Source: Thermoplasmatota archaeon
GTDB taxonomy: Archaea; Thermoplasmatota; Penumbrarchaeia; Penumbrarchaeales; Penumbrarchaeaceae
Length of the DNA: 53,992 nucleotides
Direction: 5' to 3'
Assembly: GCA_029762535.1 (NCBI GenBank)
Contig: JARVGK010000021.1
Coordinates: 1 to 53,992 of the forward strand
In this document: positions 1 through 10,292 of the stretch, one piece after another
Numbering within the stretch: the stretch's first letter is position 1
Layout: each line of letters opens with the position of its first letter
The notes under the pieces: model-generated
Seen by the model: the letters and a program-made list of their open reading frames with translations, nothing else
What the model was told of the DNA's origin: nothing
Database searches by the model: none
Made by a program: the position numbers and the translations under genes

Positions 1-286
1 TTTATTCCGTTGCACGACACCTACTGAAGAAGAATAAGATGGACATAAGCGTTCTTGATTCTTTGGATGAACTTGGTGAGATCAAACAGTATGTGAAGTC
101 CTATTCAAAGAAAAGAGATGATGAGGTTTGTTTGACAGAGGTATCCGATCATCAGTCAGCTCTTCTATCAGCATTTTGCTATCTTGTTTGAAAAAGTAAA
201 ACCGTGAAAAGTGGGTTTTGGGTAGCACATTTTATCGTTTTCTAACTTAAACCCCGATTTTCCCTTTAAATAGTCTTAAACTCAGG
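1..286 (+). mobile_element. Right end of a probable IS1634-family insertion sequence (truncated by window start)
   Basis: AT-rich segment containing a transposase-like C-terminus (3..191). It ends in CTTAAACTCAGG (275-286; reverse complement CCTGAGTTTAAG), which resembles IS1634-type termini from memory. The left end is outside the window. Confidence 0.55.
3..191 (+). CDS. Transposase C-terminal fragment (IS1634/IS4-like), 5'-partial
   Basis: Hand translation of frame +3: YSVARHLLKKNKMDISVLDSLDELGEIKQYVKSYSKKRDDEVCLTEVSDHQSALLSAFCYLV*. The S..L.EL..I...LTE.S..Q..LL pattern is typical of IS1634 transposase tails. Confidence 0.55.
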   Translation, partial: YSVARHLLKKNKMDISVLDSLDELGEIKQYVKSYSKKRDDEVCLTEVSDHQSALLSAFCYLV

Positions 287-399
287 TTCAAGCTCCATGG
301 ATCGGGATTGAAGATCGAAAGATTAGGAAAATCTCCGATGAGATTTTTCAAGAATGCCATCAGGCATTTTTCAACTGTCCGGCCTGGACCTATCATCTT

Positions 400-3300
400 T
401 CATTCTTCATCTGGATCTATCATCCTTCTCCTTATCCTTGCCAATAATAGAACGAGGATCGATATTGAGATCAATGCGATAAAGGCGGTTAACGGGATCC
501 ACTTGGGATCGCTTTTTTGCGGGATCCCATTCGTTTCTTGGGGATCTTCATCAGGAGCGTCCTTGGACACTATAACGATGTGAATCCATGAGGACGCCAT
601 TTCACCTTCCGAATCGGTTACTGTCAAGGTAACGTTATGGGATCCTGATCCCAAGGACAGATCGATCCAACTACCAGAACCGATGTGACCGGATATGTTG
701 GAATGCCATGTGAAGTTCAGGATATCGCCGTATTCCAGGTCCGGATCGTAAGCGGATCCGAACGCCGGTTGTGATCCGTTTTCGTAATATGTCCTATCCT
801 CGATAGATATCGTGACATCCCCCGGAGGATCGTTCACAGGCCTTACACGAACTTTCATTTCATGTGATGCTTGCCCATACCGATCCTCTGCAATAACGGC
901 GACCCTTTCGATCCCTGACCAATCGGACCTGGGTCTGATCTGGATCATTGTGGCTGTGGATCGAATGATGGTGATGTTCTCACCGGAAACGAGGGTATAG
1001 TGCAATCGGTCTCCATCCGGATCGGAGAACCAATCCCCGATATCGATCCAGATAAATGTGTCCTCATCCATCTCGATCAGGTCGGGAGGGTCCATTACAT
1101 ATGGCGGATTGTTGGTCCCGATAACGGTCATGGTGAAGTTGCTGAAATCCGATCCTCCCCGGCCATCCGATACGCTTATGTTCACCCAATGGGTCCCGAT
1201 ATCCTCATGACCCGGAGTCCCATACAATCTCCCTGAACCGGTTTCGATACTCAGGAAAGAACAGTTCGATGCCAGGTTCCAGGAAAGGTCGTCCATGGTC
1301 GGATCGATATCCACAGCCTCATATCGGACCTCGTAGTAGCGGTCCTCGAACCCCACTTCGACATCATCGGTGATGATCGTTGGGGGATCGTTCACGTTCA
1401 GGACATGGACCATGAACGACATCTCGTCGTGACCGCCGTGCCCATCGCGGACCGAGACGTTCACGGCCCAGGATCCTACATCGTCGTTCGAGGGGGTCCC
1501 GTTCACTGCCGGGATGCCCGGAATAACATGGATCCAGTCGGCGTCCGAATCGATGCTCCAAACAAGTTCATCCCCGTTGGGATCCGAGGCTTCGAACTCG
1601 ATCGAGAGGTATGTATCCTCGTCGATCTGGACATCATCGACCTTATCGATCCTCGGGAACTCGTTGGCTGTGAAAAACCCCTCCCCATCCGTCACTATGC
1701 ATCGGACCTCGTCTCCCTCGATCGAGAGGACCTCGTGCTTCGTTTCGTGGTATTGCACAACCTGCTGCTGTGATAGGGCGCGGCCCGAGACGAACAGGTC
1801 GTCGATGTATCCGTTGAAAGTCGAGGCCCTGTCCTTTTTATCGAGGGCTCCTATCGCGTAGTTGCCAAATCTCGGGAAATCGGATATATTGATCCGTATC
1901 ACTGTCTCGGCGATCCCGTTGACGTAGAGGGTGAGGTCGGGGCGATCGTATACGACACCCAAAGTAGACCATTCTCCATCAAGGATATCCGATGTGGCCG
2001 AGATCATCTCCTCTGCGATGTAACTCCAATGGGTCCAATGGTCCAGGCCCGAATCGAAACCACCGTTCAGGACAAGCTCATTCGATCCGTCCCAAAGGGA
2101 TACGTTGTCGTAGAGGATCGGACCGCCGTCCCCTGCCGGAGCATGGCCGTACAGTATCACTGCCCACTCGCATCCCGCTGAGGATGCGCCGTTGTCCATG
2201 GTCATCGGGAGGGTCAATCCCATATTGATCGGGGTCCACTCGCCGTTACCGTATTTCAGAGGTGGGACGAAGGACTTGCCTACTTTTTTGCCCTGGGCAT
2301 CCAACCAGTCCTGCGTGAATAGGTTGATGTAGGCCTGATGGGAAGGACCAGACTTGAACATGGCCGATAGATCATATTCGTTTCCCGGAATGAGTCTTCC
2401 GATCCTCTGATAGGTTGCCTGCCAATCCGCATCGTTGCTCTGCATCCTGAGGCAGTCTCCCCAATATCCCCCTTCCACGACCTCCTCTGTTCCATAAACT
2501 AGGTCCCCATCCCTCACATAAGCGGTGAACTTCGAGTCCTCTATACCCATGTAGAAGTTATCGGCCCCGTTCAAAGAGAACAATACCTGTTTCCCGGTAG
2601 AGGTATCATTGCGTTTGATCACGGCGAAGCATGAGAGATCCCTGTTCGTGTAATCGAGGGAGGGATCGCAGGGGGAGAATAGCTTCCTTCCATCCCTGAA
2701 CTCGAACACTTTCCTTCCGTCGAGCCTCTTCGGCTCGGGAGGGGTATATTCCGGATAATACGCGATATCCTGACTAGGGCTCATGCGATGGTCCGAGTCG
2801 TCCTTGGCCATACGACCGTCGAAGGTAAGATGCAGGTCGTAAAGCGGATCGCCATCCACGATCCACTGGGCGACCGAAAGGTCGGTATTGCATGTGAAGA
2901 GGTCCCCCTCCCTCTCGAGGTTGGCGCCTTCCTTGACCGGAGCACAGTCCGCAGGGGAAGTGTAGATGTCCTCGCAGATGTCCCTGACCCCGTCCCCCGA
3001 TGTGATCCCGCGTCCCAAAGCATACTCCTTGCTCCGATACTCGCTCGCATCGAAGTATCGGGTGGTCAGGAACCTCTTGTCAAGTGCATAACCCTCGTAT
3101 CCGAAGGCGGGCAACCTGTATTCTCCAAGGTATTTCAACTGGAGGTCCCTCTGTTCTCCTATAGGTATGGCGAGGTCCTGGCTTTCCTCCTTGGAGAGAG
3201 AATAGTCCACCGGCCTCAACTCCGAAAGGAGAGTGGACGCCGTATTGCTCACGTTCATCCCGCAGTAGTTAAGCCGGAAGGTCTCCTCATCGACCTTCTT

Positions 3301-5757
3301 CACACCTTCGCCCACCCAGAGCCGATCCGCATAGGCCTCGTAGAACGGCACCCGGAAATGATCGGAACGACGTATGACCGTATCCGTCCAGGAATTATGC
3401 TGCAAATAGAACCTGTCCCCGAGGATGTCCCGGGTCCTCCTCACGAGCTCGATGTTCCTCAACGGGTCTGAGCTGAAGTATCCATCATAATACACTCCGT
3501 CGAGACCGAACTCCTCGAGGTTCCTTTCAAGATCGTTCAAGAAAACATCCACGTCCGAAGTGTAATAGAAACGGGGGGTCATGTAAACTATGACCTTGCA
3601 TCCCTGTCGATGTGCCTCTTCCACGAGCCGCTCCATCGAACGCTTCTGAGCCACATCGTAAGGACCTGCCAGATCGATAGGGGCGAAGGGTACGGCCTTT
3701 GCCCCGGGATGGTCCGGTGAGACCGGCAGGTGGTCCTGGTCGAGATAATAGTATTCGGGCGGATCGCGATCGTTCGTCGAGGCCGCATAACCGTTCAGCC
3801 AGAGGAGTATTATATTGTTCCTCTCCTTGAACTTCTGGACATAATACGAATGATCGGCCTCCGGATAGAGGTTCAGGTCGATCCCGGCCGTGGCGACCTT
3901 CTCCTTGTGCAATTTCGATCCGTTGAAATCCTTCGGAGGGAAAACAGATGTCAGGAAGCCCCCGCCCCGTTCGAATGAATAAGATATCCTCCACAGATCC
4001 CGGGAGAAATTCGACAGGACCTCCCAATTCTTGAGGCCCTCTTCCTCGAATTGCTGGTCATGATAGATGTAATCGCAGGTGGATTGGTATTCGTATGGCA
4101 TCGATCTCAGGACGTTCTCGGGATGGATCGGTGCGAATAGCATTCCTTTGGAATGATCAGTCGAGAATATCACGCCGGCCTCAAAGCTGTAATATTTCGG
4201 TCTCGGCCCCTCGACCGTCAACTCCATGTCCGTCCTGGCCTTGAATATCGCGCTCGAGTCCGCCCCTATGCTGATCGTTATCATCCCGTTCTCAAGAACG
4301 ACGATGCCGGGCTCGAGAGTTGCCTCGAGCCCGCTCAATACCCCGGATGGGAAGATCATTCTTCCTACCTCCGCTCCGTCCTTCCTGAGTGAGATTTGGT
4401 CCGATCCGAACGTATAGGTCGCGGCATTGGTCCTGACGAAAAGGGGATCCGGGGAGAACTCCTCGATCCTCATGCCCTGGTATTCGCTGTTGATGGGAAT
4501 ATGGAGATACCTGTCGTCGATGAAGGACCATACCTCCTCCAGTCGAATTCCGTCGATCAGCAGGGAGCCATCAAAACCTTCCAATTTCATTGTGATCGTT
4601 ATCGCATACGATAATTTGGTCGTTTGAATAAAACAACCCTCATCGAACCAGTCGACGTCGGAGTTAGAGATGTATGGATGGTCGATCGAAGAAGGGTTCA
4701 ACATGGAAACATCCCCGCCTTCAGAGTCCTTGAATGAGAGAGAGTAAAGTCCGCTCCATATACCCCGCGTGTACATGACCGTCGTATGGATATCCTCCCG
4801 GATCGCGGTCATGCTTTCGGGGTAATCAAGGTCCAGGTAGTTGTAGGCGGTCCTGTTCTCGATCCTTAGCCTGGCAGAAAGCCGATACTTGGTCTCGGGC
4901 TTGACGGGCAAGGTGCAGGAAAGGATGTTCCTCACGGTCCTGTTGCCCGTGATGACCAGCGCGTTCTCGCCGGAGATACCGACTCCCGACCGTCTATTGA
5001 TCATATCAGGATCTCGAGGGGCCAGAGGGTAACCGTCGGTGTACTTCTCGCATTGGATCCTCCAATCCAATCGTTCCTCTATCCCCGTGTAATTCGAAGG
5101 TAATGTCGAATGATCGAACTCGATCAGTTCCACATCGTCGTATGATACCGGGGAGGGATCGTCGACGGGGTGATGGCTGTAGAGTATTACAGACCACCTG
5201 TCATCACCAGTGGAGTTCCCGGTATCGTCCACAAGGGGGATCCTCGCCCATCTATCTATTCGGGACCATCCCCCGCTACCCTGCAATGTCGTGGTGAAGG
5301 ACTTCCCCTTCCTTCCATCAGCCCCGTTCCAATCACGGTCGTGGAGATTGATGTAGCCGTAATGTGTCTGCGTGGTCTTGAAAAGGGCGGAGAATCGATA
5401 AACGCCGCCGGGTCGTAGCGGTCCCACGATCTGGGAGCATGCTTGCCATGTGCCGTTCCCATGATCCATCAAGAGGTGATCTTCCGAAGGCCCCCCTCTC
5501 TCGATGGAGAAATATCCATCGGACCCGGACGGATAGACCCCCAGAGTCCAGTTTTCGGTCCCGTCCTCGAAACCGGGATTGGCGACGAGGTTCAAAGGAC
5601 CATCCTTCCATGTAAAGGCCGTACAAAAAGATCGGGATCCGAATATGGAAAAGGGATCATTCCAGCCGCTGTTCATAATGAAGATCGAGCATATGGACAA
5701 TACGGCCGCCCTATCAATTAACGTACCTACTCTGGATCCCCCGGAGATCGTTACCAC
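400..5757 (-). CDS. Large membrane-anchored surface protein: CBM4/9-like domains, putative glycoside hydrolase TIM barrel, LamG, cadherin-like/Ig repeats, PKD-like domain, C-terminal TM
   Basis: NLVANPGFEDG...YDDVEL (CBM-like); EEAHRQGCKVIVY...GLDGVYYDG (GH-like barrel); GEWSTLGVVYD...LYVNG...FNGYIDDL (LamG); NVNDPP/GTPxNDDVG repeats; WIPLTAFIALISISILVLLLARIRRR anchor. Confidence 0.85.
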   Translation of the reverse strand: MVTISGGSRVGTLIDRAAVLSICSIFIMNSGWNDPFSIFGSRSFCTAFTWKDGPLNLVANPGFEDGTENWTLGVYPSGSDGYFSIERGGPSEDHLLMDHGNGTWQACSQIVGPLRPGGVYRFSALFKTTQTHYGYINLHDRDWNGADGRKGKSFTTTLQGSGGWSRIDRWARIPLVDDTGNSTGDDRWSVILYSHHPVDDPSPVSYDDVELIEFDHSTLPSNYTGIEERLDWRIQCEKYTDGYPLAPRDPDMINRRSGVGISGENALVITGNRTVRNILSCTLPVKPETKYRLSARLRIENRTAYNYLDLDYPESMTAIREDIHTTVMYTRGIWSGLYSLSFKDSEGGDVSMLNPSSIDHPYISNSDVDWFDEGCFIQTTKLSYAITITMKLEGFDGSLLIDGIRLEEVWSFIDDRYLHIPINSEYQGMRIEEFSPDPLFVRTNAATYTFGSDQISLRKDGAEVGRMIFPSGVLSGLEATLEPGIVVLENGMITISIGADSSAIFKARTDMELTVEGPRPKYYSFEAGVIFSTDHSKGMLFAPIHPENVLRSMPYEYQSTCDYIYHDQQFEEEGLKNWEVLSNFSRDLWRISYSFERGGGFLTSVFPPKDFNGSKLHKEKVATAGIDLNLYPEADHSYYVQKFKERNNIILLWLNGYAASTNDRDPPEYYYLDQDHLPVSPDHPGAKAVPFAPIDLAGPYDVAQKRSMERLVEEAHRQGCKVIVYMTPRFYYTSDVDVFLNDLERNLEEFGLDGVYYDGYFSSDPLRNIELVRRTRDILGDRFYLQHNSWTDTVIRRSDHFRVPFYEAYADRLWVGEGVKKVDEETFRLNYCGMNVSNTASTLLSELRPVDYSLSKEESQDLAIPIGEQRDLQLKYLGEYRLPAFGYEGYALDKRFLTTRYFDASEYRSKEYALGRGITSGDGVRDICEDIYTSPADCAPVKEGANLEREGDLFTCNTDLSVAQWIVDGDPLYDLHLTFDGRMAKDDSDHRMSPSQDIAYYPEYTPPEPKRLDGRKVFEFRDGRKLFSPCDPSLDYTNRDLSCFAVIKRNDTSTGKQVLFSLNGADNFYMGIEDSKFTAYVRDGDLVYGTEEVVEGGYWGDCLRMQSNDADWQATYQRIGRLIPGNEYDLSAMFKSGPSHQAYINLFTQDWLDAQGKKVGKSFVPPLKYGNGEWTPINMGLTLPMTMDNGASSAGCEWAVILYGHAPAGDGGPILYDNVSLWDGSNELVLNGGFDSGLDHWTHWSYIAEEMISATSDILDGEWSTLGVVYDRPDLTLYVNGIAETVIRINISDFPRFGNYAIGALDKKDRASTFNGYIDDLFVSGRALSQQQVVQYHETKHEVLSIEGDEVRCIVTDGEGFFTANEFPRIDKVDDVQIDEDTYLSIEFEASDPNGDELVWSIDSDADWIHVIPGIPAVNGTPSNDDVGSWAVNVSVRDGHGGHDEMSFMVHVLNVNDPPTIITDDVEVGFEDRYYEVRYEAVDIDPTMDDLSWNLASNCSFLSIETGSGRLYGTPGHEDIGTHWVNISVSDGRGGSDFSNFTMTVIGTNNPPYVMDPPDLIEMDEDTFIWIDIGDWFSDPDGDRLHYTLVSGENITIIRSTATMIQIRPRSDWSGIERVAVIAEDRYGQASHEMKVRVRPVNDPPGDVTISIEDRTYYENGSQPAFGSAYDPDLEYGDILNFTWHSNISGHIGSGSWIDLSLGSGSHNVTLTVTDSEGEMASSWIHIVIVSKDAPDEDPQETNGIPQKSDPKWIPLTAFIALISISILVLLLARIRRRMIDPDEE

Positions 5758-6054
5758 CTTGTCGCCGACTTGATCGATGTTTGAAACATGTAATTATCAA
5801 CCAATCCAAATACCTTTTCATGACCATTCCATTGATGTGAACGGACCGAAAGGGTGGATATGATGTTATTATCGATCCGATAGGAAAGGGAAAAAAAACC
5901 CGACCATAATTTTCATACTATGTCGTGAGCTTGTATATCATGAGGGTTTTTTATCATTCATTTTCTCGTGGATCGGGAATTGAAGATACTTGGGATCCGA
6001 CAACGGAAAACCTGCAGATTTTCCCCCGCTTCGGAGGTCATTGAACTCTCCTTC

Positions 6055-7845
6055 TCAGATCGATGGGATCGGATCCTCATCCTCGTACATCTTTTCGATC
6101 AGATCCCCGTATCTATCCATGATCACCTTTCGCCTGTTCTTCAACGTCGGGGTGATCTCACCTGAGGCCTGGGAGAATTCCTTAGAAAGGAGGGTGAACT
6201 TCTTAATCTGCTCGAAGCTGGCCAGTTCCTTCTGAACGCTTGCGATCCTCTCGTCATAGAGAGCGATGATCTCCCGCCTCTTGATCAATTCCTCCCTCGA
6301 CGTGTATGGAATTTTCCTCTCCTTCGCGTATTCCTCGAGGGCCTCGAAATAGGGCACCACCAGAGCCGAGAGGTAGCTCCTGTCGTTCCCGATGGCGATC
6401 ACCTGCTCGATGTAATGGTCCTTTCCCAAGGTCAATTCCACCCTCTGTCTGGCTATGTTCTTCCCGGTGGAGGTGATTATGAGGTCCTTGATCCTGTCGG
6501 TGATCTTCAGGAAACCATCGCTATCGAACTCCCCGACATCGCCTGTTCTGAACCAGCCGTCCACGAAAGATCCGCGGGTGAGCTCAGGTTTGTTGTGATA
6601 TCCGATCATCACGTTCGGTCCCTTTACCTGGATCTCACCGTTCTCTCCGAAGCGCACCTTCACCTTTGGAGCGGTCTTTCCGACCGTCCCGAACCTGATA
6701 TCCGTCGGCCTGTTGAACGATATCATGGGCGATGTCTCGGTAAGCCCGTATCCCTCGCAGATGAGAACACCCGCGGCCTGGAAGAACTCACCTATCTCCT
6801 TGATGAGAGGAGCACCCCCGGACGCCAGGAACTTCTTGTCCCCGCCTATGATGTTCCTGATCTTGGACAGCACCAACCTGTCTGCCAAACGGTATTTCAA
6901 GGAGACGAACGGGCCCGGGGTCTTACCTTCGGCCTTCAAGGTATTGTAGCTCTTTCCCGCTTTGAAAGACCAGGAGAACATCGCCCTTTTCAACGGGCTT
7001 GCCTTTCTAAGCCTTTCGTTCGCCGTCGAATGGATCTTCTCAAAGAGCCTTGGAACCGAGACCATGACGGTAGGTCTCACGTCGGAAAGGTATTCCATAA
7101 CGAGCTTTGTGTCCTCCATGTAGTGGTTCTGGGCGCCCGCATGGAAGATGAAATAGGTCCATGCCCTTTCGAAAACATGCGATAAGGGGAGGAAGCAAAG
7201 AGACCTGTCCTCGGGACCCACATCGAAGTATTCGTCCACGGAATCTATCTGGTGGAACAGATTGGAGTGGGTGAGAACGACCCCTTTGGGCTCTCCCGTG
7301 GTGCCCGAGGTGTATATGATCGTGGCGATATCGGATGAAGGGAACCCCGATAGGTCCTTTTCTATCGACCTCAACACTTGGGGCCTTGCTTCCTTCTCCC
7401 AGAGGGATCGAAAGAGTACCGTTCCCTCCTCATCGATATCCCTGAACGAGACCAACTTGATCCCCTTATCCTTTGCATAGGAGGATACTTTGTCATGATG
7501 CCCCCTCGAACCCACCATGACCATCTTGCTGTTCGAATCCTCGATTATATACCGGGCCTGGTCCGATGTGTTCGTCGCGTATATCGGAACGGAGACAGCA
7601 CCGATCGCGAGTATCGACAGGTCCGCGATGGACCATTCAGGCATGTTCGCAGAGAATATCGCCACCCGATCCCCTCTGGAGATCCCCAAATCCTTCAGGG
7701 ATGCGGCGGTCCTCAGGATCCGCTCCGAGAATTCGCCGTAGGTGATCGTTTTCCATGCCCCCGCCTCTTTAAAGAGCAGGGCCGGTCCATCCGGGATCTC
7801 CTTGCCTTTTCCAAGGACCATTCTGGCCAGATGACGGTCTTCCAA
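6055..7845 (-). CDS. fadD: Long-chain fatty acid--CoA ligase (AMP-binding)
   Basis: YTSGTTGEPKG, EGYGLTET and GWFRTGDVG motifs. Start trimmed from 7968 to TTG at 7845, which follows an AGGAG RBS. Confidence 0.9.
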   Translation of the reverse strand: MEDRHLARMVLGKGKEIPDGPALLFKEAGAWKTITYGEFSERILRTAASLKDLGISRGDRVAIFSANMPEWSIADLSILAIGAVSVPIYATNTSDQARYIIEDSNSKMVMVGSRGHHDKVSSYAKDKGIKLVSFRDIDEEGTVLFRSLWEKEARPQVLRSIEKDLSGFPSSDIATIIYTSGTTGEPKGVVLTHSNLFHQIDSVDEYFDVGPEDRSLCFLPLSHVFERAWTYFIFHAGAQNHYMEDTKLVMEYLSDVRPTVMVSVPRLFEKIHSTANERLRKASPLKRAMFSWSFKAGKSYNTLKAEGKTPGPFVSLKYRLADRLVLSKIRNIIGGDKKFLASGGAPLIKEIGEFFQAAGVLICEGYGLTETSPMISFNRPTDIRFGTVGKTAPKVKVRFGENGEIQVKGPNVMIGYHNKPELTRGSFVDGWFRTGDVGEFDSDGFLKITDRIKDLIITSTGKNIARQRVELTLGKDHYIEQVIAIGNDRSYLSALVVPYFEALEEYAKERKIPYTSREELIKRREIIALYDERIASVQKELASFEQIKKFTLLSKEFSQASGEITPTLKNRRKVIMDRYGDLIEKMYEDEDPIPSI

Positions 7846-8041
7846 AGAAGCATCTCCTAGCGTGGCAACGACGATCGAATTATAATAATTATCCCAGATC
7901 AAGAAAAAAGTGGAATGCATACCGTGAATATGCATTCTACACAAGGGATAAATACCACTTCTTGCCATTTATTATTCAGTGGGTCTTACCGATCTTTGGA
8001 CCATGGTCCAAGGTTCAATAGACCCAGGGGGATATAAGGTC

Positions 8042-8278
8042 ATGATAGTCGCATACATACTGGTGATCACCAACCCGACCATGGAGCACAGGGTCTATCG
8101 GGCCTTAAAGAAGCTCAAAGGGATCGATGAATCCTACGCCCTCCTCGGGGAATACGACATCATCCTCAAGGTCCATTCTAACAATTACAACGACCTTGCG
8201 AAGTTCGTCATAAAGAAGGTCCGCTCTATTCCAGGGGTCATCGACACGGAGACATTGGCCGGTGTGGACATCATGTGA
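8042..8278 (+). CDS. Lrp/AsnC ligand-binding domain protein (stand-alone, no HTH)
   Basis: AYILV...LGEYDIILKV...VRSIPGVIDTETL pattern; ATG at 8042. Confidence 0.88.
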   Translation: MIVAYILVITNPTMEHRVYRALKKLKGIDESYALLGEYDIILKVHSNNYNDLAKFVIKKVRSIPGVIDTETLAGVDIM

Positions 8279-9683
8279 CGGTCTTAAAGGACCTATCGGA
8301 TAAAACCCCGTTCTCCCCTCCCCAAGCCTTCCCTATCCTCGATATCGAGATCCTGGCCCATGTGAAGGATATGGCCGCACCTATGACGTTCGCGACCACC
8401 ATACCAACCCATATCCCATCCAATCCCAGGAGGACCGAGAAAAGGATCGCGGAGGGAGGCATGAGCACTATCGTTCTCAATACGGTTATCAACAGTGAGC
8501 TGGAACCCTTCCCCGCCCCCTGGAACATCGCCGAGGAGAGCATGCCGAAGGCCACGGCGGGATAGAAGAAGCAAATTATCATCAGAAAGCTGGTTAGGTC
8601 TCCCCGTATGTTCGCGGCATTCTCGGTCCTTGTGAAAGCGAATGCGATCGGATAGGCCAGAACGAATGTCGAAACGGCTATCGCCAGCTCAAGGAAGAAT
8701 GACATCTTCACCGAATACATGAACGAATCCCTGAGTTTGACGTAGGACCTGGCCCCGAAAGCGGCCCCTGTCACCGACATGACCGCCGTCGCAATGCCGA
8801 TGAGAGGCATCGTCGCCAGGGTCACGACCCTCCAACCAGTGCTCAGAACCGCCACCCCGTCCGTACCTCCTACCCTTGAGGTGATCCCTACCAAAAGGAA
8901 CATGTTCACCGCCATGGACATCTGCATCAGCGTAGATGGGATCCCGACCGTGAATATGTCCTTGATGATGGAGAGGTCCGGCCGGAAGTCCCTGCCGTCG
9001 ATCCTGACGTAGGTGTCCTTTCTAAAAAAAAGCCAGTAGAAAAGCGGCAGCGAGGATACCACCATGGACACCACCGTCGCCACGGAGGCCCCGAAAACCC
9101 CCAGTCCGAAGCCGTATATGAAAAGTGGATCGAGTATGATATTAAGGACGGCCCCGATCAGCATCGGGTACATCGCCCTCTTAGCATCCCCCTCTGCCCT
9201 GAGGATCGCCCCCGCGACGTTGTTGAAGAAAACGAAAATGATCGTGATGAATAGGGGGTAGGCGTACTGAAGAGACAATCCGGTCACCTTCCCCGAACCC
9301 ATCAGCATGAATAGGGGACGGGCGAGAGGGATCGATATCAGCGAGAGCACAACGGCCGCAGCGATCATCAACAGCATGGTATGGACGGCGACATTGTCCG
9401 CACCCTTTCGGTCCCTCGCTCCTATCCTCCTGGAGATGGCCGACCCGCCACCCATACCTATACCCGCCCCAACAGCGATCGTGAGGAAGAAGAACGGAAA
9501 GAAGAAGCCGACAGAGGCCAGAGCATCGGATCCCAATCCGCCCACCCAGAAGGCGTCAGCTATGTTGTATACCGTCTGAAGGGACATCGCTATGATCATC
9601 GGCACGGACAGCTTGATGATCGCCTTCTTCGGGTCCCCGAGAAGGGTCTTGACCCCCTTGCTGCCTCCTTCTGACATCGACAT
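8271..9683 (-). CDS. MATE family efflux transporter
   Basis: YNIADAFWVGGLGSDALASVG, LRAEGDAKRAM, LNIILDPLFI; about 12 TM segments. Start trimmed to MSMSEGG (9683 or 9677), with TTTATATA on the minus strand at 9701-9708. Confidence 0.93.
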   Translation of the reverse strand: MSMSEGGSKGVKTLLGDPKKAIIKLSVPMIIAMSLQTVYNIADAFWVGGLGSDALASVGFFFPFFFLTIAVGAGIGMGGGSAISRRIGARDRKGADNVAVHTMLLMIAAAVVLSLISIPLARPLFMLMGSGKVTGLSLQYAYPLFITIIFVFFNNVAGAILRAEGDAKRAMYPMLIGAVLNIILDPLFIYGFGLGVFGASVATVVSMVVSSLPLFYWLFFRKDTYVRIDGRDFRPDLSIIKDIFTVGIPSTLMQMSMAVNMFLLVGITSRVGGTDGVAVLSTGWRVVTLATMPLIGIATAVMSVTGAAFGARSYVKLRDSFMYSVKMSFFLELAIAVSTFVLAYPIAFAFTRTENAANIRGDLTSFLMIICFFYPAVAFGMLSSAMFQGAGKGSSSLLITVLRTIVLMPPSAILFSVLLGLDGIWVGMVVANVIGAAISFTWARISISRIGKAWGGENGVLSDRSFKTVT

Positions 9684-9833
9684 CCTCGACCATCGTTCTC
9701 TATATAAACCCTGTTCTCGGTAGCATGGTCCGATCCACCGCCAGTTCCACAACTCTGCAAAACTATTTTTAAAAGGTAGTCCTTTTACGGAGAGATCCCG
9801 GCAGATGTCTTGTCCGGGGCCGAGGTGCATCCG

Positions 9834-10292
9834 ATGGGGGTCGTCGACAAGGAGGAGATCATCGAGGAGATAGAAACGTCGCCCGATATCGTCTTCTCCG
9901 TGCTCACCGACCTCACCATCGCCAACGCCTGGGGACGTGTTGGAGACGGGTTCTTCCTCTTTCCTGCCGAGGCCAGGCTGAAGCTGGGACATTTGATCGA
10001 CTTCAAGCCCGCAGGCTGGAAGGAGAGCCTGAAGCTGAAGGTGAAGGTCATCCGGCACGATCAGGTCGTACAGATGGACATCGTGGAGGGGCCGATGTTC
10101 GGCACGCTCGATATCGTCATCGACCCCCGACCGTACGGGACACTGATCACCACCAGGTTGAATTACAGGATCGAAAGGGTGGGTTTCTCCCTCAAATGGA
10201 AGCTCTCTGATAAGAAGAAGTACGGTGATTTCATGAGGAACATCCTCCTGAACATAAAGCGCTATTCCGAGAGCAGGGCTCCGAGTTCATGA
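9834..10292 (+). CDS. SRPBCC/polyketide cyclase-like family protein
   Basis: EEIIEEIETSPDIVFSVLTDL...W, VEGPMFG pattern; GAGGTG RBS before ATG 9834. Confidence 0.7.
   Translation: MGVVDKEEIIEEIETSPDIVFSVLTDLTIANAWGRVGDGFFLFPAEARLKLGHLIDFKPAGWKESLKLKVKVIRHDQVVQMDIVEGPMFGTLDIVIDPRPYGTLITTRLNYRIERVGFSLKWKLSDKKKYGDFMRNILLNIKRYSESRAPSS

Noticed and set aside
9684-10058. N-terminal extension of the MATE ORF
   Set aside because: Antisense to the SRPBCC gene; a TATA box lies just upstream of 9683.
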